Of a DNA stretch of 64,000 nucleotides, positions 48,577 to 57,962 are shown piece after piece (within the stretch, counting starts at the first letter, position 1; every line of letters begins with the position of its first letter). The DNA is taken from IMG/VR virus record IMGVR_UViG_3300028591_000082; one strand, written 5' to 3'. A program made the position numbers and the translations under genes. The notes under the pieces were generated by a model, which ran no database searches, was not told where the DNA came from, and worked only from the letters and a program-made list of their open reading frames with translations. Source of the stretch: a virus (taxonomy: Duplodnaviria; Caudoviricetes).

Positions 48577-49599
48577 TTATACTATGTAAGCAGCAAGATA
48601 AGGTTTTTCATTACTTGAGAAGAATGAATATCCAATATCCCACCAATTAGGATCTACACCGTCAATACGACGCTCAGTATCATAACCAGTTATGTACTGA
48701 AGATCCTTATCAAAGATGTTAAGAAGCTTGTCGAGAACCTCGAAGCTTGAAACAAAATTTATATCGCAAGGAGCCTGCCTTCCGTGATTAAGATATGAAT
48801 TATTTGAGAAATCACTATCTTCACAAACAGCATCCATTTTATCTGAATCAATATGGAAAGAATATGCTGTATTTGGAATTCTTTCAATATCTGTATTCAT
48901 AAAATCGTCAAATTTGTAATCGTTTACAGCAGCGGCGATTATATCTTTGTTAAGTTCTGTTTTTGGATAAGCGGCAATAATCTTGAAAACTTCAGTGTGC
49001 TTTGAATAAGAACCGTTATATGATTTTGTTTTCAAGTAAACAGTTTTGCCATTTCCGACAAATTTCAAATAAGAATTTGAAACAAACATTTCAACTTCTT
49101 CGCATTCGCCGAAAACATTTTTCAAAAGGAAAGCACCTTTGAGATCGATTGTTTTAACTCCAAAACCCAAATCGCTGTTGCAAAGACAAGAAACAACAAT
49201 AATCTGTTTTGAAGGAACTGAAAGATAAAGTTTTCCATCTTTCTGAACGAAAGCATAACCACAGTTTCCATTTCCAATGGCATGGCTTGGATCAACCAAT
49301 TTCTTACCATCAAATTTTCCTGCAGAAGTAAAACTCTTTTCAATTACTTCAGTAATATTACCAATACTAACAGGAGCATCAGCAACATTTGCAGAAAGAT
49401 GATTTTCAAATGCTTTCTTGAAATCATATCTTTGATAAAGAGAAATTACATCGTTCTCCTGTCTTGACAAGAGATCGTCGTAAACCAAAATAATTTCGTT
49501 TTCGTAAGAAACGAAAAATTTACCGTTCTTAATTCCAAATGTATTGTATACATTTGAATTTAACTCTTTAGGGATTTCTTTTAAAAAATTAAACTCCAT
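48577..49599 (-). CDS. Hypothetical protein
   Basis: 340-aa ORF with sigma70 promoter. Confidence 0.6.
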   Translation of the reverse strand: MEFNFLKEIPKELNSNVYNTFGIKNGKFFVSYENEIILVYDDLLSRQENDVISLYQRYDFKKAFENHLSANVADAPVSIGNITEVIEKSFTSAGKFDGKKLVDPSHAIGNGNCGYAFVQKDGKLYLSVPSKQIIVVSCLCNSDLGFGVKTIDLKGAFLLKNVFGECEEVEMFVSNSYLKFVGNGKTVYLKTKSYNGSYSKHTEVFKIIAAYPKTELNKDIIAAAVNDYKFDDFMNTDIERIPNTAYSFHIDSDKMDAVCEDSDFSNNSYLNHGRQAPCDINFVSSFEVLDKLLNIFDKDLQYITGYDTERRIDGVDPNWWDIGYSFFSSNEKPYLAAYIV

Positions 49600-49654
49600 T
49601 TTTTTCTTCCTTATGTATATATTATAACATTTTTTGGATTTTTTGTCAAGTATT

Positions 49655-50200
49655 TTATTGTTCGATCAACCAAGCATCAGTAAGTGAAATTCTTCTGTAC
49701 TCTCCGTTTTTGTTCTTATTTTTGTCAGTTATATAACTGCCATCTTCACTTAAGAAGTAACCGCCAAACTGCAAAAAATCTTTATTAAATCTTTCAGAGA
49801 AAGTTCTATAAAGACTATTTACATGTGATTTGTATTCATTAAGAGTAAGCCTCTTTTTGAAAATTCTGTCTTTTGGTACATAAGCAAATCTTATTTTGTC
49901 TTCGTTAGATTTAAAATCATATATGCTTTGACGAGGTAAAAATTCTTCATAATCATTTTTAATCTTTTCAAAGCTTAAAGGAAAAAATTCTTTAAGCATT
50001 TCAATTTCAAGACCAACATAAATCATAACATTTGCAAAATAGTTAAAATTTTTTGGTTCCGCTTTATTGAAAACTTTAGATTTTATTTTTTTTATTATTG
50101 TTCTTTTTTTAAAGAAATCTTGATCGTTTATTTCTATTCCAAAAGAACTACCAAAAGTTTTTACTTTATCACAATATGGTTTATAAACTATTTTCTTCAT
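49655..50200 (-). CDS. Hypothetical protein
   Basis: ORF in operon. Confidence 0.5.
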   Translation of the reverse strand: MKKIVYKPYCDKVKTFGSSFGIEINDQDFFKKRTIIKKIKSKVFNKAEPKNFNYFANVMIYVGLEIEMLKEFFPLSFEKIKNDYEEFLPRQSIYDFKSNEDKIRFAYVPKDRIFKKRLTLNEYKSHVNSLYRTFSERFNKDFLQFGGYFLSEDGSYITDKNKNKNGEYRRISLTDAWLIEQ

Positions 50201-51014
50201 ATTCCATTATCTCGCAAAATTTTTTAGATGATATTACTGGAATTCCTAATTGCTTTGCTTTTACCATTTTAGAAGATGTTGAATCTATATCATCAGAAAC
50301 AACGAAACTTGTTTTAGAAGATACAGAAGACGAAACCTTATGTCCTCTGCTTTCTGCTATTTCAGAAAGTTTAGAACGCGGGAAACAACCAGCACCAGTA
50401 AAACAAAATGTATAAGAATTATCAGTAGACTTTTTCTCAATGGTTTTTACACCAAAGATATCTATTGCTTTTTTTATTTTTTCTTTGTTATTTTTTATAA
50501 ACTCAACGAATGAAGAAGAACTGATCTCTGCAAATCCATCAAAATTCATAAAATCTTTTTCTTTATATGTGAGTAGCTCTTCTATGGGGATGTTATCAAA
50601 TACTGCAAGTTTTTTAACATCAAAACCGTCTGCATCAAATATTGCAAAAAGTTTTGAGTTTTCTAGTGGGACAATCTTTTCTCTTGTGGCGTTTATTATT
50701 TTTTCGCCATTTACCCCACCAGCACAGACTTTCACTTCGTCTATAAAATCTTTTGTTGGATTTTTACAATTTTCTGAAAATCTTAATATATTATAACCTG
50801 CTTTAGTAATTTTGTCAATAAAAGCGGGTCCACCACCTTTTATATCAAGTACATCAAAAAACCTTTCAAATTGATGTTTCAACTTTTGTTCGCAATCTGG
50901 ATAAGGACAAAAAATAGTACCAGACGATTCGTCTACAACAAAGTCTGCTCCACATACAGGACATTTTTCTGGAATATGCCAATTATGCTTTTTATTTAAT
51001 TCAGAAACAACCAT
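50181..51014 (-). CDS. ligA: NAD+-dependent DNA ligase, C-terminal part (Zn finger, HhH, BRCT)
   Basis: PEKCPVCG...FCPYPDC...LDIKGGG; FCFTG...R..L....G.KVSSSVSSKT..VV...SSK..KA..LGIP. Confidence 0.88.
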   Translation of the reverse strand: MVVSELNKKHNWHIPEKCPVCGADFVVDESSGTIFCPYPDCEQKLKHQFERFFDVLDIKGGGPAFIDKITKAGYNILRFSENCKNPTKDFIDEVKVCAGGVNGEKIINATREKIVPLENSKLFAIFDADGFDVKKLAVFDNIPIEELLTYKEKDFMNFDGFAEISSSSFVEFIKNNKEKIKKAIDIFGVKTIEKKSTDNSYTFCFTGAGCFPRSKLSEIAESRGHKVSSSVSSKTSFVVSDDIDSTSSKMVKAKQLGIPVISSKKFCEIMEYEENSL

Positions 51015-51271
51015 TATTCTAATTCCTCACATTCTAATTCTCTAAATAAAGAAGCAATTAACAGATATTTATTTTCTTTTTTGTCCTTTAAAAGAAGACA
51101 GTCATATGAATAACATTTTAAATCTTTGAAATCATATACTGCAAAATCTACAAATTCATTAGCTTTTGCAATTGGGAAAAGATTATAAGGATCCTTTGCT
51201 GGAATCGCTATAGTTTTCCCATCTTTATAATCTTTTAATTCTGCTTCTGTTAATTTATAAAAGGCAATCAT
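51014..51271 (-). CDS. Hypothetical protein
   Basis: Coupled ORF. Confidence 0.5.
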   Translation of the reverse strand: MIAFYKLTEAELKDYKDGKTIAIPAKDPYNLFPIAKANEFVDFAVYDFKDLKCYSYDCLLLKDKKENKYLLIASLFRELECEELE

Positions 51272-51774
51272 TACTTCCTCTTTGTCTTTTTTGGTTTTAT
51301 TTCTTTTTCTGCGGTAGCATGTATCATTGCTTCAAAAAGATGTTTTGCTTTTGCATTTCCTTCGTCCTTTCCACGGAAAGTGCTTGCAATCATTTCATAA
51401 CATTTCTGCTCAAGAATATCTCTTTCATTCTTTTCAACTTTTGAATTTTCAACTTTAAAGTAGCTGTGTGCTCTGTTAAAGAAATGTTTAAACTGCTGCA
51501 TAAATTTTGTTGGAATTTCAAAATTCTGTGCTTCAAGTTTTTCAACGGCTTTATCATAACCAGTCTTTTTGTCAAACTTATCATAAGTTCCATCTGAGTT
51601 TTCTCTTCCATCTACTGAAGAAAAACCAAACGCAACAGTATCGCCAACTTTTTTAGCTACAAAATATCCTTTTGGCTTACCACGAGAAACCTGAACGTAT
51701 TCAATTCCTTCATCGTCATAAACCTTTTTCCCAATGTAACCTTTTCTTATGTTTTCACAAATAATTTCCTTCAT
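51271..51774 (-). CDS. Hypothetical protein (paralog of 19554..20102)
   Basis: IRKGYIGK...KPKG motif. Confidence 0.6.
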   Translation of the reverse strand: MKEIICENIRKGYIGKKVYDDEGIEYVQVSRGKPKGYFVAKKVGDTVAFGFSSVDGRENSDGTYDKFDKKTGYDKAVEKLEAQNFEIPTKFMQQFKHFFNRAHSYFKVENSKVEKNERDILEQKCYEMIASTFRGKDEGNAKAKHLFEAMIHATAEKEIKPKKTKRK

Positions 51775-51785
51775 ATCTATATCTC

Positions 51786-52112
51786 CTAAATTTTTATAAT
51801 CTGTCTTAGGCTTTGAACAAGCATTTCGTCTACAAATTTAAAACGATATCTTGAACCATCAAAATTAAGATCATTTAATTCTTTTTTAAAAAAATCTAAA
51901 TGATAATATGTTTTTGGTTTTTCATCAACACTATATTCATATTTACAAACATCTTTAATTACTGCAGCTTCTCCAAGAAATGGAGTCATTGGGCTAACAA
52001 ATGAAAGTATAAGTTTATTTCCGTTAATTTTGTCAACTCTGAATAGTTCATTTTTATATTTTTCATACCATTCTTTTGGTTGAATTCTAACCTTGTCTCC
52101 TATACGAAACAT
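51786..52112 (-). CDS. Array paralog 6 (KOW/SH3-like small protein)
   Basis: FRIGDKVRI...WY...F..PM..F.G....F..EML. Confidence 0.65.
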   Translation of the reverse strand: MFRIGDKVRIQPKEWYEKYKNELFRVDKINGNKLILSFVSPMTPFLGEAAVIKDVCKYEYSVDEKPKTYYHLDFFKKELNDLNFDGSRYRFKFVDEMLVQSLRQIIKI

Positions 52113-52114
52113 TA

Positions 52115-52420
52115 TTAAATCCTTATATTTCTATTTAAATATTTTTCAAACATGTCTTCACTAAAAGAATATCTACTTACAGATGCTCCAGGCGCCATTC
52201 CATAAGTATTATTACATTCATTTTTTTGCCTTTCGTTTAAATAATCTAACCGTATGAATGCTGATTCAATAAAAGTTATTTTAAAAGTTTTTCCACAAAA
52301 TCTTGTCATCTCAGGTGTAAAATTGAAATATGTAGGAACGCTTCCACCTATTCCTTTATTTTTATAATACCATTCGAGAGATTTTATTTTTACTTTTTGA
52401 CCTATTCTATAATTTTTCAT
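52115..52420 (-). CDS. Array paralog 5
   Basis: GQKVKIKSLEWY...MTRFCGKTFKI...FSEDMFE. Confidence 0.7.
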   Translation of the reverse strand: MKNYRIGQKVKIKSLEWYYKNKGIGGSVPTYFNFTPEMTRFCGKTFKITFIESAFIRLDYLNERQKNECNNTYGMAPGASVSRYSFSEDMFEKYLNRNIRI

Positions 52421-52734
52421 ATCTTTATGCTTCTTTTTTGCACAATATCATCAAACATGTCTTCACTAAAAGAATACCAAGTAATTGGTTTAAAATCTCT
52501 AAGCCTAACATAATATTTATAATCATATCTTGCATCTTCAGGAGATATGAAATCTAATGTAACATCTTCTCCATCGACATTTATTATTTTAAAAGTTTTA
52601 CCACAAAATCTACTCATTGGCATAACAAAAGAAAAATAACATGGTACTATCCCATTGACATTGTTTTCATTATACCATTTGATAGATTTTATTTTTACTT
52701 TATCACCAACTAAATGATAAAAATTGTCTTTCAT
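52417..52734 (-). CDS. Array paralog 4
   Basis: GDKVKIKSIKWY...MSRFCGKTFKI...FSEDMFD. Confidence 0.7.
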   Translation of the reverse strand: MKDNFYHLVGDKVKIKSIKWYNENNVNGIVPCYFSFVMPMSRFCGKTFKIINVDGEDVTLDFISPEDARYDYKYYVRLRDFKPITWYSFSEDMFDDIVQKRSIKI

Positions 52735-52994
52735 ATTTTTGCCATCCTTGTACTTGGCTCAAACATTTGTTCTGACCAATTATAATGGTTTTCTTTTAAA
52801 TGATATATATAAAATTCTTCCGTATGATGAAATTCTACAAATTTAATAGTAAAAATTTTCCCACAACATTCTGCCATATTTTTAGTAAAATGGCATGGTA
52901 CATAAACAGTTTCACTAAATGGATCTTTGTTTGCTTCATACCATTTTAGAGATTTTATTTTTACTTTATCACCAACTTTATATTTTGATTTCAT
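52731..52994 (-). CDS. Array paralog 3
   Basis: GDKVKIKSLKWY...MAECCGK...WSEQMFE; ATGA-overlap start at 52994. Confidence 0.7.
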   Translation of the reverse strand: MKSKYKVGDKVKIKSLKWYEANKDPFSETVYVPCHFTKNMAECCGKIFTIKFVEFHHTEEFYIYHLKENHYNWSEQMFEPSTRMAKI

Positions 52995-53248
52995 ATTTTC
53001 ATTGCTCTGCATGGATAAACTTTTTCAAACATTTGTTCTGACCAAACAAACCCAGAATCTATATTACCATTTCTATATAATCTAATTACATGTCCTTCAA
53101 TATCTATTACTTTTAAAATCTTACTACAATATTGTGACATTTGTGAAACAAATTTACATGGAACAGGTACTTCACCATATTCATTTTTATTTGTTTCATA
53201 CCATTTTAAAGATTTTATTTTTACTCTATAGCCGACTTTGATTTTCAT
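52991..53248 (-). CDS. Array paralog 2
   Basis: VKIKSLKWY..NKNEYGEVPV...WSEQMFEK...RAMKI. Confidence 0.7.
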   Translation of the reverse strand: MKIKVGYRVKIKSLKWYETNKNEYGEVPVPCKFVSQMSQYCSKILKVIDIEGHVIRLYRNGNIDSGFVWSEQMFEKVYPCRAMKI

Positions 53249-53252
53249 ATTT

Positions 53253-53519
53253 TCATATTTTCATTGCTCTATATGATAGATAAATTTTTTCAAACATTTG
53301 TTCAGACCAAGAAAATCCAGTATCTTTAATACCAGGTTTCTCCCATAAAAGAAAATCATTATAACTACCAATTACTCTTACTTTCAAAGTTTTACCACAA
53401 AATCTTGCCATTTCTTTAACAAAATTAAATCGAACAGGCACTTCACCATATTCATTTTTATTTTCATTATACCAATCAAGAGATTTTATTTTTACCGCTT
53501 TGATATTAGGCTTTTTCAT
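53253..53519 (-). CDS. Array paralog 1
   Basis: VKIKSLDWY..NKNEYGEVPV...WSEQMFEK...RAMKI. Confidence 0.7.
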   Translation of the reverse strand: MKKPNIKAVKIKSLDWYNENKNEYGEVPVRFNFVKEMARFCGKTLKVRVIGSYNDFLLWEKPGIKDTGFSWSEQMFEKIYLSYRAMKI

Positions 53520-53522
53520 AAT

Positions 53523-54608
53523 TTAATCTATTATTTTTTCAACTTTAGGTATTATTTCTCCTCGTTTTGTTATCATGGCATGTTTACCAATTTCAACCCC
53601 AAGTCTTTCCATAATATTTACATTATGTAATGATGCTCTTGAAACTGTAGTTCCATTAAGTTCTACTGGCTCAATTATTGCAACGGGTGCCAATATACTA
53701 CCCTTGAAACTCCATTCTATGTCTATTATTTTTGAAATAGCATAATCGAGATCAAATTTAATTGCAAAGTTCTTTAATGGAGTAACTCTACTTAAATCTT
53801 CGTAATCAACTTTTTGAGATTTTGCTACAATTCCATCAATTGGGTATTGAAGCTTGTCTCTTGTTTGAGAAACTTCTTTTCTCCATTCTATCATTTCTTC
53901 AGCAGAAGAAACTTCTTTAAATGTTGGAACTGTAAATCCATTATTTATAAGGAATAAAAGTTTATCCTTTTCTGTTTTGTCTGCAAAATAATCGTTAAAA
54001 ACATCATAAGCAATAAAATTTAAATCTTCACAGCCATCACCATCAAGTCTTTTCATTATACCTGCGGCAGCAGCTCTTTGATTTTTCATTTGCTTTGAAT
54101 ATTTTTTATTGAATGTTTCGTTAGACATATATACTTCACCACGAATAAATCCAGAAAATGGCATACCATTTTCAAGAACTATAGGGTTTGAATTTTTTCT
54201 AAATGGAATTTTTATAAAGTTTTTGGTCATGTCAAAACCGTTTGTTGCGTTTCCTCTTGAAATTACAAGAGATAAACTACCATAATCACAACAGAGTAAT
54301 TGACCATTTCCGTCAATTTTTAATTCGAGAAGATATTTATTATTTCCTAGCTTTTTAAATATATCAAATATTTCTTTTTCGTTCTGACATTTTTTCAAAG
54401 TTCCCATTGTAACTGGTAACTTCTTTTTTTCAAAACCTTCAATATCGCGAACATTATCAATAACTGTATCAAGTAATGGATTATTTGGATCGAGTGCTCT
54501 AAGTTCTGCTATCAATTTATCATATTCGACATCAGAAATTATTTCTCCTCCATCATAATATTCTTCATTACATTTTTTTATTTTTTCTTCGAGTTCTTTT
54601 ATATTCAT
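53523..54608 (-). CDS. ligA: NAD+-dependent DNA ligase, N-terminal part (Ia, adenylation, OB)
   Basis: YY....ISD.EYD, ELKIDG, SRG, IRGEV, IDGIV, AIKF, PVEL.GTTVSRASLHN, RGEIIPKV. Confidence 0.92.
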   Translation of the reverse strand: MNIKELEEKIKKCNEEYYDGGEIISDVEYDKLIAELRALDPNNPLLDTVIDNVRDIEGFEKKKLPVTMGTLKKCQNEKEIFDIFKKLGNNKYLLELKIDGNGQLLCCDYGSLSLVISRGNATNGFDMTKNFIKIPFRKNSNPIVLENGMPFSGFIRGEVYMSNETFNKKYSKQMKNQRAAAAGIMKRLDGDGCEDLNFIAYDVFNDYFADKTEKDKLLFLINNGFTVPTFKEVSSAEEMIEWRKEVSQTRDKLQYPIDGIVAKSQKVDYEDLSRVTPLKNFAIKFDLDYAISKIIDIEWSFKGSILAPVAIIEPVELNGTTVSRASLHNVNIMERLGVEIGKHAMITKRGEIIPKVEKIID

Positions 54609-55000
54609 TATATTTTTGTTTCCCTAGTATGAAAAATACGTTTTTTAAGTTTATTTAATAATTGCATATTTACACAAGCACCAATACAAGAATGTCCTTC
54701 GCAAGTATATAAATATTTGTCTGCCATTTTGTCTGAAAATTTAAAATCATTCATTAAAAGAAACTTAGATACTCTCCAACAATCTGAATGATCGACATCA
54801 CATAATGCAAATTTTAGTGATTCTTTAGTAAATGGTTCTTCAATATTATGTACTTTTTTATAATAATTATTTATAGGGCATCTATCAGATGAACCACCTT
54901 GGCAAATAAGATCTGGATCACTTCCAGTATCGTAACCAAGATGTTCTTGAAGTATTAATTTTCGTGTAAATAAATCTATTAAAACTTTTACTTTATTCAT
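54608..55000 (-). CDS. Cys-containing hypothetical protein
   Basis: Coupled ORF; ends RETKI. Confidence 0.5.
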   Translation of the reverse strand: MNKVKVLIDLFTRKLILQEHLGYDTGSDPDLICQGGSSDRCPINNYYKKVHNIEEPFTKESLKFALCDVDHSDCWRVSKFLLMNDFKFSDKMADKYLYTCEGHSCIGACVNMQLLNKLKKRIFHTRETKI

Positions 55001-56009
55001 ATTTTGTTTCTGAATATTTTAAAATTTCTTCTGCTTCTTCAAGAAGTGTTTCTGCTCTTTTCAGATTTCTTTTGTCGTCTGGAATTAGATTTATATTATG
55101 CTTCAAACATAATAAATTTATAATACCATTTTCAAGACAAGGAATTACAAGCTTTTTCACTTCTTCCAAATCAACTGTTTTGCCCTTTACAAAATCTCTT
55201 ACAATTTCAAATTCTCCAAGATCTTTGTCTTTACCAATTATTTCTTCACAGATAAGTTTGAATTTTGTTTTGCTCATTGTATCTGTGAGTGGGTTATTTT
55301 TATAAAATCTTAAATTTTCTACAGCAGAAGAAGGACAAGTTTTTATTATTCTTCTTATACTGTCATATCCACCAACAGCTCCATAAAGTTGGTCATTTAT
55401 CAAAGACTTTTTTGTAAGATTTATAAAATCTGTTTTCACATGAGTTATTTCAATATAATACTGAAACAACTTTTTATATAAATTATAAAACTTCATATAT
55501 GCACGAAGATTTTCTTCGTTTTCATAAAGAGTTTCACATTCGTCTACTAAATCTGTTAATGGAAATGGTTTTTCCTGAAAGAAAAGAGATATATCGATAT
55601 CATCACTATTTGTAAGTTCTATGATTCTTCCAAGACTTTCTTTTATCAAATCTTTTGAACTTTCTGATTTGAGTTTTTGAACGCTGAATGTATCACTTAT
55701 TGCACATCTTGTTTTTTCAAGAATATCCAATATTTCTTCACCAACAATTTTTCCACCAAACAATGTTGTGTATAAATCAAGCCTATACAATGAACAAAGT
55801 TCTTCAAAATCTTCATAAGTTTCAAGACCATTAAAAAGCCAGAATTGTTCTTCTATTTCTTCGTCGGTTAATCTTCCGATCTCAAAACAATTCTGATAAA
55901 GGAAAGCGAGTTTTTTACCGTATTTTGAGAGAGTTCTTTTTGTGAATTTTTTACTTAATTCTTTTTGGGTATAGATATATACCTTATAATTTTTATAATC
56001 AATATTCAT
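54993..56009 (-). CDS. Hypothetical protein
   Basis: 338-aa ORF after promoter copy 3. Confidence 0.6.
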   Translation of the reverse strand: MNIDYKNYKVYIYTQKELSKKFTKRTLSKYGKKLAFLYQNCFEIGRLTDEEIEEQFWLFNGLETYEDFEELCSLYRLDLYTTLFGGKIVGEEILDILEKTRCAISDTFSVQKLKSESSKDLIKESLGRIIELTNSDDIDISLFFQEKPFPLTDLVDECETLYENEENLRAYMKFYNLYKKLFQYYIEITHVKTDFINLTKKSLINDQLYGAVGGYDSIRRIIKTCPSSAVENLRFYKNNPLTDTMSKTKFKLICEEIIGKDKDLGEFEIVRDFVKGKTVDLEEVKKLVIPCLENGIINLLCLKHNINLIPDDKRNLKRAETLLEEAEEILKYSETKYE

Positions 56010-56028
56010 AAATTTTCCCTTATATATA

Positions 56029-56064
56029 ATTATACCACGAAAATACTATTTGAGCAGGGTGCAA
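56029..56064 (-). promoter_or_regulatory. TTGCACCCTG-N20-TATAAT promoter (copy 3)
   Basis: Same geometry as other copies. Confidence 0.7.
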
Positions 56065-56089
56065 AAGTTTTTATATTCGAGAAAAAATA

Positions 56090-56278
56090 TTAATTGTAAC
56101 CATTAGAGGCATCATGAATTGCACTGAGGAAACCACCAACTAATCCAAGACAAAGTGATGATGTTGGAATTTCACTTCTTGAATGGAACCAAGTAAGATC
56201 GAAAAATATATTTGCCAAAATCATAGCGATTACAAATATAACAAATCCCCATTTAATCCAACTTCCAAAAAATCTCAT
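56090..56278 (-). CDS. Small two-TM membrane protein
   Basis: Two hydrophobic segments; AAGGAG SD. Confidence 0.6.
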   Translation of the reverse strand: MRFFGSWIKWGFVIFVIAMILANIFFDLTWFHSRSEIPTSSLCLGLVGGFLSAIHDASNGYN

Positions 56279-56310
56279 ATATAACTCCTTATTTCCTATA
56301 ATCTATATAT

Positions 56311-56346
56311 ATTATACACCGAAAATACTATTTCAGCAGGGTGCAA
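56311..56346 (-). promoter_or_regulatory. TTGCACCCTG-N20-TATAAT promoter (copy 4)
   Basis: Same geometry as other copies. Confidence 0.7.
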
Positions 56347-56403
56347 AAAATTTTAGGCTAAACGAAAGAAGGCTCCACAAAGGGAGCCTTCCGTCAATCA
56401 CTG

Positions 56404-56838
56404 TTATCTTATTTCAATAAGAGATTTCTTTTTCTTTGCCTCTTCAAGAGGTGGAATTGTGATTGTTAGGATACCATCTTCAAGTTTTGCTGAAGTTTTT
56501 TCGGTATCGAGCTTTGTAATAGGTATGCTATATCCATACCTAAAAGCAGGTGTTTTGATAGTTGACACCACAACGTCTTTTTCCTCTTCTGGTTCCTTAA
56601 AGGTTTCAGAAGTAGAAAGAATAAGACTACTTCTCTCAAAGTCAATCTTTAAATCTTCTTTCTTGTAACCTGCGACGTTAAATCTAAACAACATTCCGTT
56701 GTCATTTGCTTTTACCTCTACAGGTGGAAAAGGTGGAACACAGTATTTCTTTTCTACTGTGAAACCATCATCAGTTGGGAAAAACTTGAATGAACGACCA
56801 AACACTGCGTCGAACATATCATCAAAAACATCACGCAT
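56404..56838 (-). CDS. Small heat-shock protein Hsp20
   Basis: FPPV.V....F.VAGY.KEDL.I...F......A.LEDGILTI.IP; C-terminal IEI. Confidence 0.9.
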   Translation of the reverse strand: MRDVFDDMFDAVFGRSFKFFPTDDGFTVEKKYCVPPFPPVEVKANDNGMLFRFNVAGYKKEDLKIDFERSSLILSTSETFKEPEEEKDVVVSTIKTPAFRYGYSIPITKLDTEKTSAKLEDGILTITIPPLEEAKKKKSLIEIR

Positions 56839-56903
56839 ATATATCTCCTACCTAAGACCTTGATTCACAAGCGCCCTAGGATTTTATGCAATGTTTATTT
56901 CTT

Positions 56904-57554
56904 TTAATTATCTTTTATAATTGCTCCAGACTTTACAAACCACGCAAATGAATAAGCGATAAGCATTATAAACTCTGAAATTCCAACATAATAATGTGGA
57001 ATAAGACCTACAGTAGCCATTATAAGAATAACTACACCAATTAAAATTCCAACTGCAGAACTCTTAAAACAGATGTTCTTTTTCTTTTTCTGTGGATTAG
57101 TTTTATCTCCTAAGCAGAATAAGTAAATGCAATTAAAGAAGAATGAAGCAAACAAAATTGTAGCAGAAGCATTATGTATTATAGAACATACATTTGCATA
57201 TTCTCCAAAATTTATAAGCCCATCATATCCTCTGTTTGGAAAGAATATAACACCTAATGCAGAGAATGAAGAAATCCAGTTTACAAGTCTGTCTCTCCAG
57301 TCATATCCTCTATATGTAAAGAAATAATATGCTGCCAAGAATAATACACCAATCATCATACCTTTTGATGATGCATAATATGTATCAGAAATTGAATGCC
57401 ACCATTGCGGTGGATTTGCTTTTCCTGCTAAAAGTCCAAAAAGAATTGCAGCAGGATAAAGAATAAAACAAAGAATTCCAAGTATTGTTCTTTGTGTTTT
57501 AAAAGTAGCTTTTATTACTTCTTCTGAGTCTGTTGATTTGTAATTAAAAATCAT
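56904..57554 (-). CDS. Multi-pass membrane protein (DUF998-like)
   Basis: About six TM segments; SIS.TYY, FP, H...A, E...L.A..FAW.VK. Confidence 0.65.
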   Translation of the reverse strand: MIFNYKSTDSEEVIKATFKTQRTILGILCFILYPAAILFGLLAGKANPPQWWHSISDTYYASSKGMMIGVLFLAAYYFFTYRGYDWRDRLVNWISSFSALGVIFFPNRGYDGLINFGEYANVCSIIHNASATILFASFFFNCIYLFCLGDKTNPQKKKKNICFKSSAVGILIGVVILIMATVGLIPHYYVGISEFIMLIAYSFAWFVKSGAIIKDN

Positions 57555-57962
57555 TTTTTATTTTTCTCCTTATGTGGTATTGGGCGAATATGTGCAGTCT
57601 TATTCATAAGTTTAACATCAATACCATAATGTTTATCTCCAATACTTATTGTTACTGGAACCTGCGCATATCCTTGGTGACAAAGTTGCGTAAGTTCATC
57701 GCATAATTGCGCAACTGTTTTATTCATTTACTACCTCTTTTTTTCTTTTAATTTTTTCTTCCTTTTTATTTCCTCTTCCTCTTCTTCTTCCATAAGCATA
57801 CGCAAACGACGTTGCCGTTTCATATTAAGTAAATTAATTGTATTTATTGTATTAGCAGCATTAATTGCTGTAAAAAGAGCTACATTCATTTTTTTTCCTT
57901 ATATAAAAATTATACCATTTTTTGGCTTAAAAGTCAACATTTTTATAAGATGGCAAAAGAAA

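Noticed and set aside
48577-49599. DNA sliding clamp
   Set aside because: Size and alpha/beta pattern are compatible, but no recognisable motif supports the call.
51015-53522. Self-splicing intron or intein explaining the split ligase
   Set aside because: The interval is packed with coupled ORFs. No group I/II core, RT/maturase or intein terminal residues are visible, and the C half has its own coupled ATG.
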